A stretch of 64,000 nucleotides of DNA from positions 1-64,000 of the forward strand of contig JBHIAH010000004.1 in NCBI GenBank assembly GCA_046758505.1, given 5' to 3'. This DNA comes from Candidatus Methylomirabilales bacterium. GTDB taxonomy: Bacteria > Methylomirabilota > Methylomirabilia > Methylomirabilales > CSP1-5. Both the position numbers and the translations under genes were made by a program. Of this stretch, positions 51,506-61,037 are shown one piece after another. The first letter of the stretch is position 1, and the number at the start of each line of letters is the position of its first letter. Below the pieces are notes generated by a model. That model saw only the letters and a list, made by a program, of their open reading frames with translations. It did no database searches and was not told the origin of the DNA.

Positions 51506-52818
51506 GGCTTTCTTTCTATGGACTTGGGAAGAAAGCGCTGCAGCGTTTCCACAAAGCCGGGGAAGGAGGTGGAGATGCACCCTGTGTCCAAAACCGTGGT
51601 CTCTCCCTCGGCCCTGAGACCCGCCACGGTCAGGGCCATGGCCATTCGATGGTCTCCGTGGCTCTCGCAACGGGCTCCGCGAAGGCCCTGCCCCCCATGG
51701 ATAATAAGCCCATCCTCGAGCTCTTCGGTCTGCACGCCCATGCGGTTCAGCTCTATGGCAAGGGATCGGATCCGATCCGACTCCTTGACCCGCAGTTCGG
51801 CGGCACCCCGGATCACGGTCTTCCCCTCCGCACACGCGGCGGCCATTCCCAAGACCGGGATCTCATCGATCAAGCGCGGGATCAGATCCCCCCCGATACG
51901 CACCCCCCTGAGGGGTCCCGAGCGAACGTGGAGATTGGCCCTCGGCTCTCCGGCGCTCTCGCCGTGGGGAAGGACCTGTACCGCCCCCCCCATCGCCCGG
52001 AGAACCTCCACGAGTCCTGTCCGAGTCGGGTTGAATCCTACCCCCTCGAGGGTGAGATCGGAATCGGGAAGGATGAGGCCCGCCACGAGGAAGAAGGCAG
52101 CCGACGAGAAGTCTCCCGGAACGGAGATGGGGGCGGCCTTGAGGGTTCCGCAGGGGTTGATGGACACCTCCCGCTCTCCCCGCTCCACCGGCTGGCCCCA
52201 GGCCTCGAGCATGCGCTCGGTATGATCCCGCGAGGTGACCGGTTCGACGATGGTCGTCCGACCCTCGGCAAAGAGGCCGGCCAGGAGGATGGCGGACTTT
52301 ACCTGTGCCGAGGCGATCGGAGTCCGATATGTAATCCCTCGAAGAACCCTGCCGCGCAGCACCAGGGGGGGGAGTGTATTCTGGGCCCGACCCCAGATCT
52401 CCCCCCCCATCTGTCTCAGAGGCACGATGACTCGATCCATGGGTCGACGCCTGAGGGAAGCATCTCCCGTCAGGACGGACAGGAAGGGTTGCCCTGCCAG
52501 GACACCCGAAAGGAGACGGAGCGTCGTCCCCGAATTCCCGCAGTCCAGAACGTCACCCGCCTCCCGGAGGCCGCGAAGCCCCTTCCCGTAAATCCGAAGG
52601 GGCTCCCCTTCTCCCCCTTTGACCTCCACCCCCAGGGCGCGGACAGCTTCGAGGGTTCGCGTGCAATCCCCCGACATGAGACACCCTGAGATTTCCGTAC
52701 ATCCATCCGCTAGGGCGCCAAGGATAATCGCCCGGTGGGAGATGGACTTGTCTCCCGGGACCGAGAGCCTCCCCTGTAGTCCCCGCGCACCTCCCCGAAT
52801 CCTAAGCTGTTGCTCCAT
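51502..52818 (-). CDS. aroA: EPSP synthase
   Basis: PGDKSISHR, GNSGTT, SAQVKS, RDHTE, RVKESDR, DHRMAM. Confidence 0.97.
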   Translation of the reverse strand: MEQQLRIRGGARGLQGRLSVPGDKSISHRAIILGALADGCTEISGCLMSGDCTRTLEAVRALGVEVKGGEGEPLRIYGKGLRGLREAGDVLDCGNSGTTLRLLSGVLAGQPFLSVLTGDASLRRRPMDRVIVPLRQMGGEIWGRAQNTLPPLVLRGRVLRGITYRTPIASAQVKSAILLAGLFAEGRTTIVEPVTSRDHTERMLEAWGQPVERGEREVSINPCGTLKAAPISVPGDFSSAAFFLVAGLILPDSDLTLEGVGFNPTRTGLVEVLRAMGGAVQVLPHGESAGEPRANLHVRSGPLRGVRIGGDLIPRLIDEIPVLGMAAACAEGKTVIRGAAELRVKESDRIRSLAIELNRMGVQTEELEDGLIIHGGQGLRGARCESHGDHRMAMALTVAGLRAEGETTVLDTGCISTSFPGFVETLQRFLPKSIERKP

Positions 52819-53812
52819 AGGTTTGCCGGTTGCGGATACTCGCGATCAACGCCTCTGTGATCCGTCCGGAGTCGGCGTCCGGCAGGTCGAACCAGGTGAC
52901 CCCCTGCTCGCGGCGAAACCACGTCATTTGACGCTTCGCATAATGCCGCGTTCCCTGTTTCGTCCGCCACACCGCCTCCTCCAGAGTCCCCTGCCCTAAC
53001 AGAAAGGCAACTATGTGGCGATAGTTGTGGCTGCGGAGAGGCTTGATGTTTGCGGCATAGCCGGCTTCGAGCAGCTCCCGGACTTCCTCCACAAGGCCGC
53101 ACTCGACCATCCGGTCCACCCGGTCGTCAATCCGGCGGTAGAGCGCGGCCCGCTCCCGCCGCAGCCCCAAGAAGAGGACGGAGGGGAGAACCAGACCCTC
53201 CCGGTGGGCCGCCTGCAGCTCCGAGACCCGGCGGCCGGTGACCTCGATGATTTCGAGGGCTCGAATAAGGCGGAATGCATCCCGGGGATGAATTCTGGCT
53301 GCGGTCGACGGATCGAGGTGCGTCAGTCGGGCATGCAGCACCTCCGGGCCGTCCCCGGCCACCTGTTGTCCCAGGCGGTGTCTGATGCTTGGGACTTCCC
53401 GCGGGCCAGAAAAAATTTCACCCCGCAGGGCCCGGAGGTACAGACCCGAGCCTCCCACCACGAGAGGCAGGCGGCCGCGGGAACGAATCTGTTGCAGGGC
53501 CCGACCGGCCAATCGGGCGTAATCGGCAGCCGTGAAGGGATCCACCGGATCCACCACATCGATGAGATGGTGAGGAACCCCTTGCTGTTCAATATGAGAC
53601 GGTTTGGCGGTGCCGATGTTCAGATGCCGATAGACTTGCATAGAGTCGAGAGCCACAATCTCTCCTCCCAGTGCCTTGGCCAATTCCACAGCGACGGCGC
53701 TCTTCCCGACCGCGGTCGGACCGACCAAGGCGACAAAAGCGGGAGGGGATTCGAAAGGGGGTGCTGGAACAGGGGTTGCCTGGGAAGACGGAGCGTCCAC
53801 CTGAAGCATCAT
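52802..53812 (-). CDS. miaA: tRNA dimethylallyltransferase
   Basis: GPTAVGKS, DSMQVY, IGTAKP, GGSGLY, YAKRQMTWFR; ATGA overlap with the upstream gene. Confidence 0.95.
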   Translation of the reverse strand: MMLQVDAPSSQATPVPAPPFESPPAFVALVGPTAVGKSAVAVELAKALGGEIVALDSMQVYRHLNIGTAKPSHIEQQGVPHHLIDVVDPVDPFTAADYARLAGRALQQIRSRGRLPLVVGGSGLYLRALRGEIFSGPREVPSIRHRLGQQVAGDGPEVLHARLTHLDPSTAARIHPRDAFRLIRALEIIEVTGRRVSELQAAHREGLVLPSVLFLGLRRERAALYRRIDDRVDRMVECGLVEEVRELLEAGYAANIKPLRSHNYRHIVAFLLGQGTLEEAVWRTKQGTRHYAKRQMTWFRREQGVTWFDLPDADSGRITEALIASIRNRQTYGATA

Positions 53813-54258
53813 CTGGCAGCTCGATGCAGCGCTTGTGACTCCTCGATCTCGAAGGGCAGGAGAAACGTGTACCCCCACAGACCAATCGGCTGTTGCCACC
53901 TGATCCTGGCTACGACCTCCCCCGGAACCACCTTCAACACCACCTCGTGCTCCAGAACGGGGAGTTCGAGCTCTCGGACGCGCGCCATAATCCGCTCCAT
54001 TCCCTCGTCCAAGCGTCGGGGCGCCATGGCGGTGTCGCGAACCACGAGGCGAACATCATTCCTGAGTGACCAGTAATTCACGTACGCGGAGACCGCCTGA
54101 ATGCCTGCGTACACGAGAACCGCAAGGAGGAACAGGAGGAGCAGGCTCCCGATCCTGACTCTCCCCTTCCTCCCAACCGTCGCGAGATGCGTGAGGTCGG
54201 CGGGGGGCCACCCCCCGTATTCCCCGACGGTCCCAGAAGGCCGAACGACTTCACCCAT
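53809..54258 (-). CDS. Single-TM pilin-like protein (DUF4845-like); start uncertain
   Basis: RKGRVRIGSLLLLFLLAVLVYAGIQAVSAY followed by a helix and beta strands. Confidence 0.55.
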   Translation of the reverse strand: MGEVVRPSGTVGEYGGWPPADLTHLATVGRKGRVRIGSLLLLFLLAVLVYAGIQAVSAYVNYWSLRNDVRLVVRDTAMAPRRLDEGMERIMARVRELELPVLEHEVVLKVVPGEVVARIRWQQPIGLWGYTFLLPFEIEESQALHRAAR

Positions 54259-54379
54259 AGGGGAAAATCCGTGTCAAGCCGGTATCGTAACCGCCTGCGA
54301 AACGCCGCACGAAACAAAAATACCTCCGGACCTCCGGAGGCATCCTCGCGGATAGGGAAAATGCTCGAGGGCTGGAGGA

Positions 54380-55381
54380 CTACCGAGGTCCCCCTTTGAT
54401 CCAGCTCATCATGGACCGCAGTTCTTTCCCTACAACCTCGATGGGATGCTCGGCGTCCTTTTTCCGAAGCGCCAGAAAGCTCGGGCGACCTGCCTGATTT
54501 TCCAGGATCCATTCCCCGGCGAAGCTTCCATCCTGAATCTCTTGCAGGATCTTTTTCATCTCCGCCCGGACCGACTCGCTAATCACGCGGGGCCCCCGGC
54601 TGTAATCCCCGTACTCAGCGGTATCACTCACGGAATACCGCATATAGGCGAGACCGCCCTGGTAGAAGAGATCCACGATCAACTTGAGCTCGTGGAGACA
54701 TTCGAAGTAGGCGAGTTCCGGCTGGTATCCCGCCTCCACCAGGGTTTCATACGCGGCCTTGATCAAGGCCGAAACCCCGCCGCACAGAACCGTCTGTTCC
54801 CCGAACAGGTCGGTCTCGGTCTCTTCCCTGAAGCTGGTCTCGAGGACCCCGGCCCGGGTGCATCCGATACCCTTGGCATAGGCCAAGGCCACTTCCTTCG
54901 CCTTGCCCGACGTGTTTTGATGGATAGCCAGAAGGGCTGGGACCCCGGAGCCCTCCGAATACACCTGACGCATCATGTGACCCGGCGCCTTGGGGGCCAC
55001 CATGGAGACATCGACATCCTGTGGGGGCATGACTTGATGAAAATGGATGTTAAAACCGTGGGCGAACATGAGGGTCTTGCCGGGGGTGAGGCCCTGTTGG
55101 ATTGAATCGAGATAGACCTGTCGCTGGTGTTGATCGGGGATGAGCATCATGACGATCTGCGCCGTTGCGGCCGCCTCGTCCACCGTCATCACCTTCAGCC
55201 CATCCGCTCTTGCTTTCTCCCAAGATTTCGATCCTTGATAGAGCCCCACCACGACGGTGAAGCCGGCATCCTTCAGGTTCAGGGCATGCGCGTGTCCCTG
55301 ACTCCCGTACCCGATGACGGCAATGGTCTTACCTTTCAAGAGGGACAGATCCGCATCCTTATCGTAATAGAGCTTGGCCAT
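54380..55381 (-). CDS. ilvC: Ketol-acid reductoisomerase
   Basis: [37 protein letters not shown]. Confidence 0.97.
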   Translation of the reverse strand: MAKLYYDKDADLSLLKGKTIAVIGYGSQGHAHALNLKDAGFTVVVGLYQGSKSWEKARADGLKVMTVDEAAATAQIVMMLIPDQHQRQVYLDSIQQGLTPGKTLMFAHGFNIHFHQVMPPQDVDVSMVAPKAPGHMMRQVYSEGSGVPALLAIHQNTSGKAKEVALAYAKGIGCTRAGVLETSFREETETDLFGEQTVLCGGVSALIKAAYETLVEAGYQPELAYFECLHELKLIVDLFYQGGLAYMRYSVSDTAEYGDYSRGPRVISESVRAEMKKILQEIQDGSFAGEWILENQAGRPSFLALRKKDAEHPIEVVGKELRSMMSWIKGGPR

Positions 55382-55401
55382 CTATGTTCCCCCGCTTTCC
55401 T

Positions 55402-55998
55402 CTACTTGACCTCGGCAACGGCTTGCGCCTTCTTTCCGCTTTTCTCGTTGTTGCCCGCCGCCCGCTCCACTCTTTTGGGCATCGCCTTGCTTGCCCGCGC
55501 GATGGCGATCCGCCCGGTCCGGACAAACTCCTGAATCCCAAAGGGACGCAGAAGTTCCAAGAGGGCCTGAATCTTGTGTTCGTCGCCACTCGCCTCCAGG
55601 GTATAGTTGCGGTGGGTGACATCCACGACCTTGGCCCGGAAGATATCCGCGATCCGCAGGATCTCAGCCCGGTTGGGGGCCTCGGCGTTCACCCGGACCA
55701 GGATCATTTCTCGCTCGACGAAGTCCTCCTCGGTGAGATCGACCACCTTGGCCACATCGATCAGCCGATTGAGTTGCTTGACCACCTGCTCCATGACCCA
55801 GTCATCCCCGTGGACCACGAGGGTAATCCGGGATAACGAATTGTCCATCGTCTCCCCGACGGAGACGCTGTTGATGTTATAGCCCTTGGCCGCGATCAGT
55901 CCGGCAATCCTGGCGAGCACACCGATTCGGTTCTCTACCAAGAGTGTCAGGATGTGCCGCTGCGAGGGGGTATGTCCTTTCATTCTCGCCTCATCCAT
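55402..55998 (-). CDS. ilvN: Acetolactate synthase small (regulatory) subunit
   Basis: LVENRIGVLARI, YNINS, KQLNRLIDV, FRAKVVD, VRTG. Confidence 0.93.
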   Translation of the reverse strand: MDEARMKGHTPSQRHILTLLVENRIGVLARIAGLIAAKGYNINSVSVGETMDNSLSRITLVVHGDDWVMEQVVKQLNRLIDVAKVVDLTEEDFVEREMILVRVNAEAPNRAEILRIADIFRAKVVDVTHRNYTLEASGDEHKIQALLELLRPFGIQEFVRTGRIAIARASKAMPKRVERAAGNNEKSGKKAQAVAEVK

Positions 55999-56070
55999 GC
56001 ACCCCGCTGTCTCCTGAAAGCCCGCGGCTCACCGGACCAGGAGAGCAGCAGGGGGCGAAGGAATTATCCG

Positions 56071-57804
56071 TTACCGCCAGCCCTGGAATAACTTATCGGG
56101 AACCGGTTCCCCGACGTCGATGATGTCCTTGATCGCCGCCCCTGCAGGGATCATGGGGAAGCAGTTTTCCTCGCGTTCCACGACTATATCAACCACGACT
56201 GGACCCGGCGTGTTGACGGCCTTCTCGATCCCCGCCTTGACCTCTTCCGGCCGTTCGATCCGGACTCCGGCAACCCCGTACGCCTCTGCGAGTTTCACAA
56301 AATCGGGCTGGTGGCCGATGTCTACCTGGGAGTACCGATGGCCGTAAAAAAGTTGCTGCCACTGACGCACCATGCCCAGGAACTTATTGTTGATGATGAA
56401 GGTCTTGACCGGCAGCCCGTAGTGCACGAGCGTCACAAGATCCTGCATCGTCATCTGAAAGCTGCCGTCGCCGTCGATGTTCACCACCAAACTGTTGGGG
56501 AAAGCCGCCTGGGCCCCCATCGCAGCCGGAAAACCGTATCCCATCGTTCCAAGGCCGCCCGACGTGAGGAAGCGGCGAGGCTTGCGGCCCCGGTACACCT
56601 GGGCCGCCCACATCTGATGCTGACCCACTCCGGTGGCGATGATCGGATCGTACTCCTCCGTGAGGCGAAGGATCATATCGATGGCGTACTGGGGCTTGAT
56701 CACGCCCTCCCCCTGCTCGTACCGGAGAGGGTGCTCTTTCTTCCACACCTCGATCTCCGCGTACCATTCCTCGAAGTCCTTCGCCCAGTTCCGCTGCACC
56801 TTGCGGAGTTCCTTGTTGAGTTCTCGCAGCACGCACTTCACATCGCCGACGACAGGAACGTCCACCGTGACGTTTTTCCGGATAGACGTCGGGTCAATAT
56901 CCAGGTGGATAATCTTGCACTGCTTCCCGAACTCGGAGAGCTTCCCCGTGATCCGGTCATCGAAACGCGACCCGATGGCGATCATCAAATCGCAGTGCAC
57001 CATGCACATGTTGGCCCAGTAGGTCCCGTGCATCCCGAGCATCCCCAGCCAGAGAGGATGGTCAGTGGGAAGAGCCCCGAGCCCCATCAGGGTCAGGGTG
57101 GTCGGGATCTGGGTGATTCCCACCATCTCGTGAAGTTCTGCGGACGCGTCCGAATGGATAATGCCCCCGCCCCCGTAAATCACCGGGCGCTTGGCCTGCG
57201 CGATCAACTCGGCCGCTTTCTTGATCTGGCCGGGATGTCCGTAAATCTGGGGATTATAGCCGCGGATGGAGACGTCTTTCGGGTAGCCCCGGAACGTGCC
57301 ATGCCCCATCACCGCATCCTTCGGCAGGTCCACCAGGACCGGGCCCGGGCGACCCGAGCGGGCGATATAATACGCCTCTTTGATGATGCGCGGAATGTCT
57401 TCGGTTTTGAGGGCCAAGAAGTTGTGCTTGGTACAGGCCCGCGTCGTCCCCACCACATCGGCCTCTTGGAAGGCATCGCATCCCATGACGGCCGTCGGCA
57501 CCTGTCCGGTGAGAACCACAATCGCCATGGAGTCCATGAGCGCATCGGTGATCGCGGTCACACAGTTCGTGGCCCCCGGACCCGAGGTGACCATGACCGT
57601 CCCCGCCTTTCCCGTGGCCTTGTAATATCCTTCGGCGGCATGGGTCGCCGCCTGCTCGTGACGGCATAAAATATGCTGAATGGGGTAATCCATGAGGACG
57701 TCATACGCGTGGAGGATCGCCCCACCGGGGTGACCAAAGATCGTGGTCACCCCTTCCTCCGCAAGACAGTTCATCAGGATCTCCGATCCTGTCATCCTCG
57801 TCAT
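56071..57804 (-). CDS. ilvB: Acetolactate synthase large subunit
   Basis: FGHPGG, RHEQ, TSGPGATN, DAFQE, GMHG, VGQHQMW, GDGSFQM..NN. Confidence 0.97.
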   Translation of the reverse strand: MTRMTGSEILMNCLAEEGVTTIFGHPGGAILHAYDVLMDYPIQHILCRHEQAATHAAEGYYKATGKAGTVMVTSGPGATNCVTAITDALMDSMAIVVLTGQVPTAVMGCDAFQEADVVGTTRACTKHNFLALKTEDIPRIIKEAYYIARSGRPGPVLVDLPKDAVMGHGTFRGYPKDVSIRGYNPQIYGHPGQIKKAAELIAQAKRPVIYGGGGIIHSDASAELHEMVGITQIPTTLTLMGLGALPTDHPLWLGMLGMHGTYWANMCMVHCDLMIAIGSRFDDRITGKLSEFGKQCKIIHLDIDPTSIRKNVTVDVPVVGDVKCVLRELNKELRKVQRNWAKDFEEWYAEIEVWKKEHPLRYEQGEGVIKPQYAIDMILRLTEEYDPIIATGVGQHQMWAAQVYRGRKPRRFLTSGGLGTMGYGFPAAMGAQAAFPNSLVVNIDGDGSFQMTMQDLVTLVHYGLPVKTFIINNKFLGMVRQWQQLFYGHRYSQVDIGHQPDFVKLAEAYGVAGVRIERPEEVKAGIEKAVNTPGPVVVDIVVEREENCFPMIPAGAAIKDIIDVGEPVPDKLFQGWR

Positions 57805-57855
57805 CGTCATGCCCTCCTGCGTTGAGCGCGGGGTCCTCAAGACCCAGGCGCCGAG

Positions 57856-57951
57856 CTAACCCGTGCGTAGAACAAAAGGGCGGCGTGGCTCAATCAAGGC
57901 GAAGTTTCCGACATGCGTCCCGAGACCCCCACCTCCTACCCTGACAGTCAT
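57856..57951 (-). CDS. Candidate 31-aa upstream ORF/leader peptide
   Basis: SD AGGGAGGAG then ATG; MTVRVGGGGLGTHVGNFALIEPRRPFVLRTG*. Confidence 0.35.
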   Translation of the reverse strand: MTVRVGGGGLGTHVGNFALIEPRRPFVLRTG

Positions 57952-58056
57952 GGCTCTCCTCCCTAATTCTCAGCTTGAATTATGTGCCAGATCTTCACAC
58001 AAACAATGAAGAATCGGTGTTGGCACGAATTCAGGGCGATAAGAAATGTGTGGCAG

Positions 58057-58086
58057 AGCATACCCCCTGCTTCCCTCCCCTGTCAA
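58057..58086 (-). promoter_or_regulatory. Candidate sigma70 promoter of the ilv operon
   Basis: Minus: TTGACA-N18-TATGCT. Confidence 0.6.
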
Positions 58087-58094
58087 CAGAAATC

Positions 58095-59687
58095 TCAGCC
58101 TTTGCCCCTCAACCCACCTTGAATGAGGCTCTTGAGGAGCCGAACCTCCTCACAGCCGAGGGAAGCCGCGGCGGCGAAAAAGACCGCCATCCCCAGCCCC
58201 AGCTCCCCCACGAAGCGGGTAATTTCCAGACCGACCCCGCGACCCTCGAGGGACGGCAGCAGGATTTGAAGAGCGAGGAGCGTCCCCGCCATGCACAGTC
58301 CTGCAAGCGCCGTTTTTTGAAGGGATCGTGCCAGGACCCCTCCCCCCAGCGAGCCGAGGCGTTTTCTGAGAAAGACCACGAGGAGGGAGAAGTTAACCAT
58401 GGAAGCGAGGGAGGTTGCGACCGCGAGTCCCGTTGCCTGCAGCGGCCGCATGAGCAGGAGGCTGAACACGATATTGCTCGCGACAGCGATGGCTCCCGCC
58501 TTGACGGGAGTCACCGTGTCCTGAAAAGCATAAAACGCTCGGACAAGAACCCGATTGACCACAAAGAAACAGAGACCGAGGGAGTATCCCAGCAGGACCT
58601 GCGCTGTAGCGGCCGTCGCTGCACCCGTAAACTCGCCTCGTTCAAAGAGGAGACGGATAATGGTGTGCCGGTAGATGGCAAGGCCCAGGAGGGCAGGAAC
58701 GGTCAGGAAGAGGCTGAACCGCAGGGCGAAAACGAGTGTCTTCCGGACATCTTCTGGTGATTGCTGCGCGGCGGCGGCGGCCATGGTGGGGAGGACGGCC
58801 GTCGCCATGGCTACGCCGACCAGCCCGATGGGGACGTGGATGAGGCGGAAGGCGTAGTAGAGGTAAGAGACCGACCCCTGCACGAGGAAGGTGGCCAAAA
58901 GCGTCGTGATGAATATATTCAGCTGGGTGCTGGCGAGCCCGGCGACGCCCGGGGCCATTAATCTTCCGATCCGCGGTAAGGCTGGGTCTCTCCACTCCCC
59001 CTTCCGCGTGAGAATGACGCCGCGGCGCAGGGCAGGCGGAAATTGGAAAAGGAGCTGGAGGCACCCGCCCCCCAACACTCCATATGCTAGGGCATAGACC
59101 GGCTTCTCAAGCCGCGGACCCAGAACGAGGAGACTCACAATGATCGAGATGTTGAGGAGGGCCGGGGAGAAGGCCGGGGCGGCAAAGTGGCCCAGGGCGT
59201 TTAAAATCCCCATCATGAGCGCGGTGAGCCCGATAAAGAAGAGATAGGGAAACATCATGCGGGTGAGGTCGATGGTGAGGGCGAGTTTTTCAGGATCTAC
59301 CCGCCACCCAAGGGCCATAAGGTTGACGAGGATCGGAGCACTCACGATCCCCACGGCGCATATCACCACGAGAATCAGACTCAGCATCCAAAAGGCCGCC
59401 GCAGCCATCCGAAAGGCAGACGGCCGTCCCCGCTTGGTCAGGGTCTCGGTGAAAACAGGAATAAAGGCGGCGGAGAGGGCCCCCTCCCCAAGGAGCTCTC
59501 GGGCCATGTTCGGGATGCGAAAGGCCACAAAGAACGCATCCGCAGCCAATCCCGCCCCGAAGCCATGGGCGATGAGCATATCCCGGATATATCCCAGGAC
59601 CCGGCTTACGAATGTCGCCCCGCTGACCACCGAGGCGGCCACTGTCAGGCGGTGCATCGAGGTTTTGGGGTCAATAGTGCTTGACAT
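58095..59687 (-). CDS. murJ: Lipid II flippase MurJ (start may be 59657)
   Basis: SRVLGYIRD, ADAFFVAFRIPN, EGALSAAFIP, AFYAFQDT; many TM helices. Confidence 0.96.
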   Translation of the reverse strand: MSSTIDPKTSMHRLTVAASVVSGATFVSRVLGYIRDMLIAHGFGAGLAADAFFVAFRIPNMARELLGEGALSAAFIPVFTETLTKRGRPSAFRMAAAAFWMLSLILVVICAVGIVSAPILVNLMALGWRVDPEKLALTIDLTRMMFPYLFFIGLTALMMGILNALGHFAAPAFSPALLNISIIVSLLVLGPRLEKPVYALAYGVLGGGCLQLLFQFPPALRRGVILTRKGEWRDPALPRIGRLMAPGVAGLASTQLNIFITTLLATFLVQGSVSYLYYAFRLIHVPIGLVGVAMATAVLPTMAAAAAQQSPEDVRKTLVFALRFSLFLTVPALLGLAIYRHTIIRLLFERGEFTGAATAATAQVLLGYSLGLCFFVVNRVLVRAFYAFQDTVTPVKAGAIAVASNIVFSLLLMRPLQATGLAVATSLASMVNFSLLVVFLRKRLGSLGGGVLARSLQKTALAGLCMAGTLLALQILLPSLEGRGVGLEITRFVGELGLGMAVFFAAAASLGCEEVRLLKSLIQGGLRGKG

Positions 59688-59709
59688 GGAGGCGAGATTC
59701 CCCTATAAA
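59681..59709 (+). promoter_or_regulatory. sigma70 promoter for rpsT
   Basis: TTGACA-N17-TATAAA. Confidence 0.7.
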
Positions 59710-59745
59710 AAGACTCTCGACCCGGTCCGCGTAGAGGAGATAATA

Positions 59746-60018
59746 ATGCCCAACACCAAATCAGCCGCAAAGCGCCTGCGCCAGGTGAACGCGCGAACCC
59801 TCCGCAACCGGGCGGCCAAAAGCCGCCTCCGCACCAGCATGAAAAGGGTCCACCAGGCCGTAAAGACGGGGAACCGCGAGGCGGCCGCGGCGGCGTTTCG
59901 CGCGGCCGTCGCGACGATCGACAAAACCGCCTCCAAGGGAATTATTCATTCCCGGACGGCGGCCCGGTACAAGTCCCGACTCGCCCATCGCTTGCCATCT
60001 CCCGGTACCGCTCTATAA
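59746..60018 (+). CDS. rpsT: 30S ribosomal protein S20
   Basis: MPNTKSAAKR..RNR..IDKTASKGIIH..AARYKSRL. Confidence 0.96.
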   Translation: MPNTKSAAKRLRQVNARTLRNRAAKSRLRTSMKRVHQAVKTGNREAAAAAFRAAVATIDKTASKGIIHSRTAARYKSRLAHRLPSPGTAL

Positions 60019-60026
60019 CCTCGCCC

Positions 60027-61028
60027 TCACGAACAGAGATCGATAATCGCCAACTCGAGATGCAGGGGTCGGCCCCTTCCCCAGGATTTCAGCTTCCGAT
60101 CCAGGTCAAGCAGGCGTACCAGCCCCTGCTCCAGCCGAGGTAGGGACGACGCCTTGGCCCCCTCGAGAATCTCTGGAAGAAATGGGCGGGGGATCCCCAG
60201 GAGCTGGCCAATCTCGGCGACAGGGCGAGACTGCGCAAGCAGTTCCTGGGCTCGCAAGAGCAGGCGCAGCTGACGCGCCAGCATCCCGAGGATCGCCAAA
60301 GGTTCCTCTCCCTGTTCCAGGAGCCGCCGGAGGCAAAACAACGCGCCCTCCAGGTCCCGGCGGCTCACCGCTCGGGTGAGATCAAAGATCCCTTGGACCC
60401 TGCCTTGGCCAACCAGCGCCTCGACCGCCCCGACGTCGATCTGCTGCCGTTCCCCCACAAAGCAACACAGCTTGTCTACCTCCTGGCACAGACGGAGAAG
60501 GTCCGGCCCTTGAAGGGTGAGCAGGAGTTGCTCCGCTTCGAGGCTCAGGGACTTTCCGTGCTGTCTCACCCGTTCCCGCATCCACTGCTGGCACCGCCGT
60601 TGGCGTTCCTTCTCGTGCCGTGGGGGGGTAAACCGGAGAACTTTTCCCACCTGATCTATGCGTCGGAGTCCGGGATTCCGCTGGTCCAGCTTGTCCGCGA
60701 CACAGATCAGGCACGTGGTGGCGGATGGGGATTCGAGGTAGGCGAGAATCGCGTCCCACACCTCCCTGCGGAGGTGATCGGCCCCTTTCAGTACCACGAC
60801 CCGCCGCGGGGAGAACGCGGGGACCGTGCGGCAGCGCGTGGCGAGATCCGCTCCGGCGACATCACTCCCCGAGAGAGTATCCACGTTGAGGGTCTCCGTC
60901 CCGGGCGGCAGGAGCGCCTGGAGGAGGCGGGAGAGGAACTCATCACGGAGGAGAACCTCCTCACCCAGGAGGAGATATACCGGGGCGACGTGGCCCCGAG
61001 TTACGGCTTGGAGGAGTGGCGCAAACAG
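60027..61028 (-). CDS. holA: DNA polymerase III delta subunit (probable CTG start)
   Basis: PVYLLLGEE motif lies upstream of the called GTG; EVDKL, IFDL, LDRKLK; leuS-lptE-holA synteny. Confidence 0.88.
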   Translation of the reverse strand: MFAPLLQAVTRGHVAPVYLLLGEEVLLRDEFLSRLLQALLPPGTETLNVDTLSGSDVAGADLATRCRTVPAFSPRRVVVLKGADHLRREVWDAILAYLESPSATTCLICVADKLDQRNPGLRRIDQVGKVLRFTPPRHEKERQRRCQQWMRERVRQHGKSLSLEAEQLLLTLQGPDLLRLCQEVDKLCCFVGERQQIDVGAVEALVGQGRVQGIFDLTRAVSRRDLEGALFCLRRLLEQGEEPLAILGMLARQLRLLLRAQELLAQSRPVAEIGQLLGIPRPFLPEILEGAKASSLPRLEQGLVRLLDLDRKLKSWGRGRPLHLELAIIDLCS

Positions 61029-61037
61029 TGTCGTCCC

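Noticed and set aside
54249..54277. sigma70 promoter from a minus-strand TTGACA
   Set aside because: No acceptable -10 box at 16-18 bp spacing.
58021..58036. sigma54 promoter TGGCACG
   Set aside because: No -12 element (CAGG in place of TTGC), and it faces away from ilvB.
59257..59745. 253-aa version of rpsT
   Set aside because: The extension is antisense to murJ; promoter and SD support ATG 59746.
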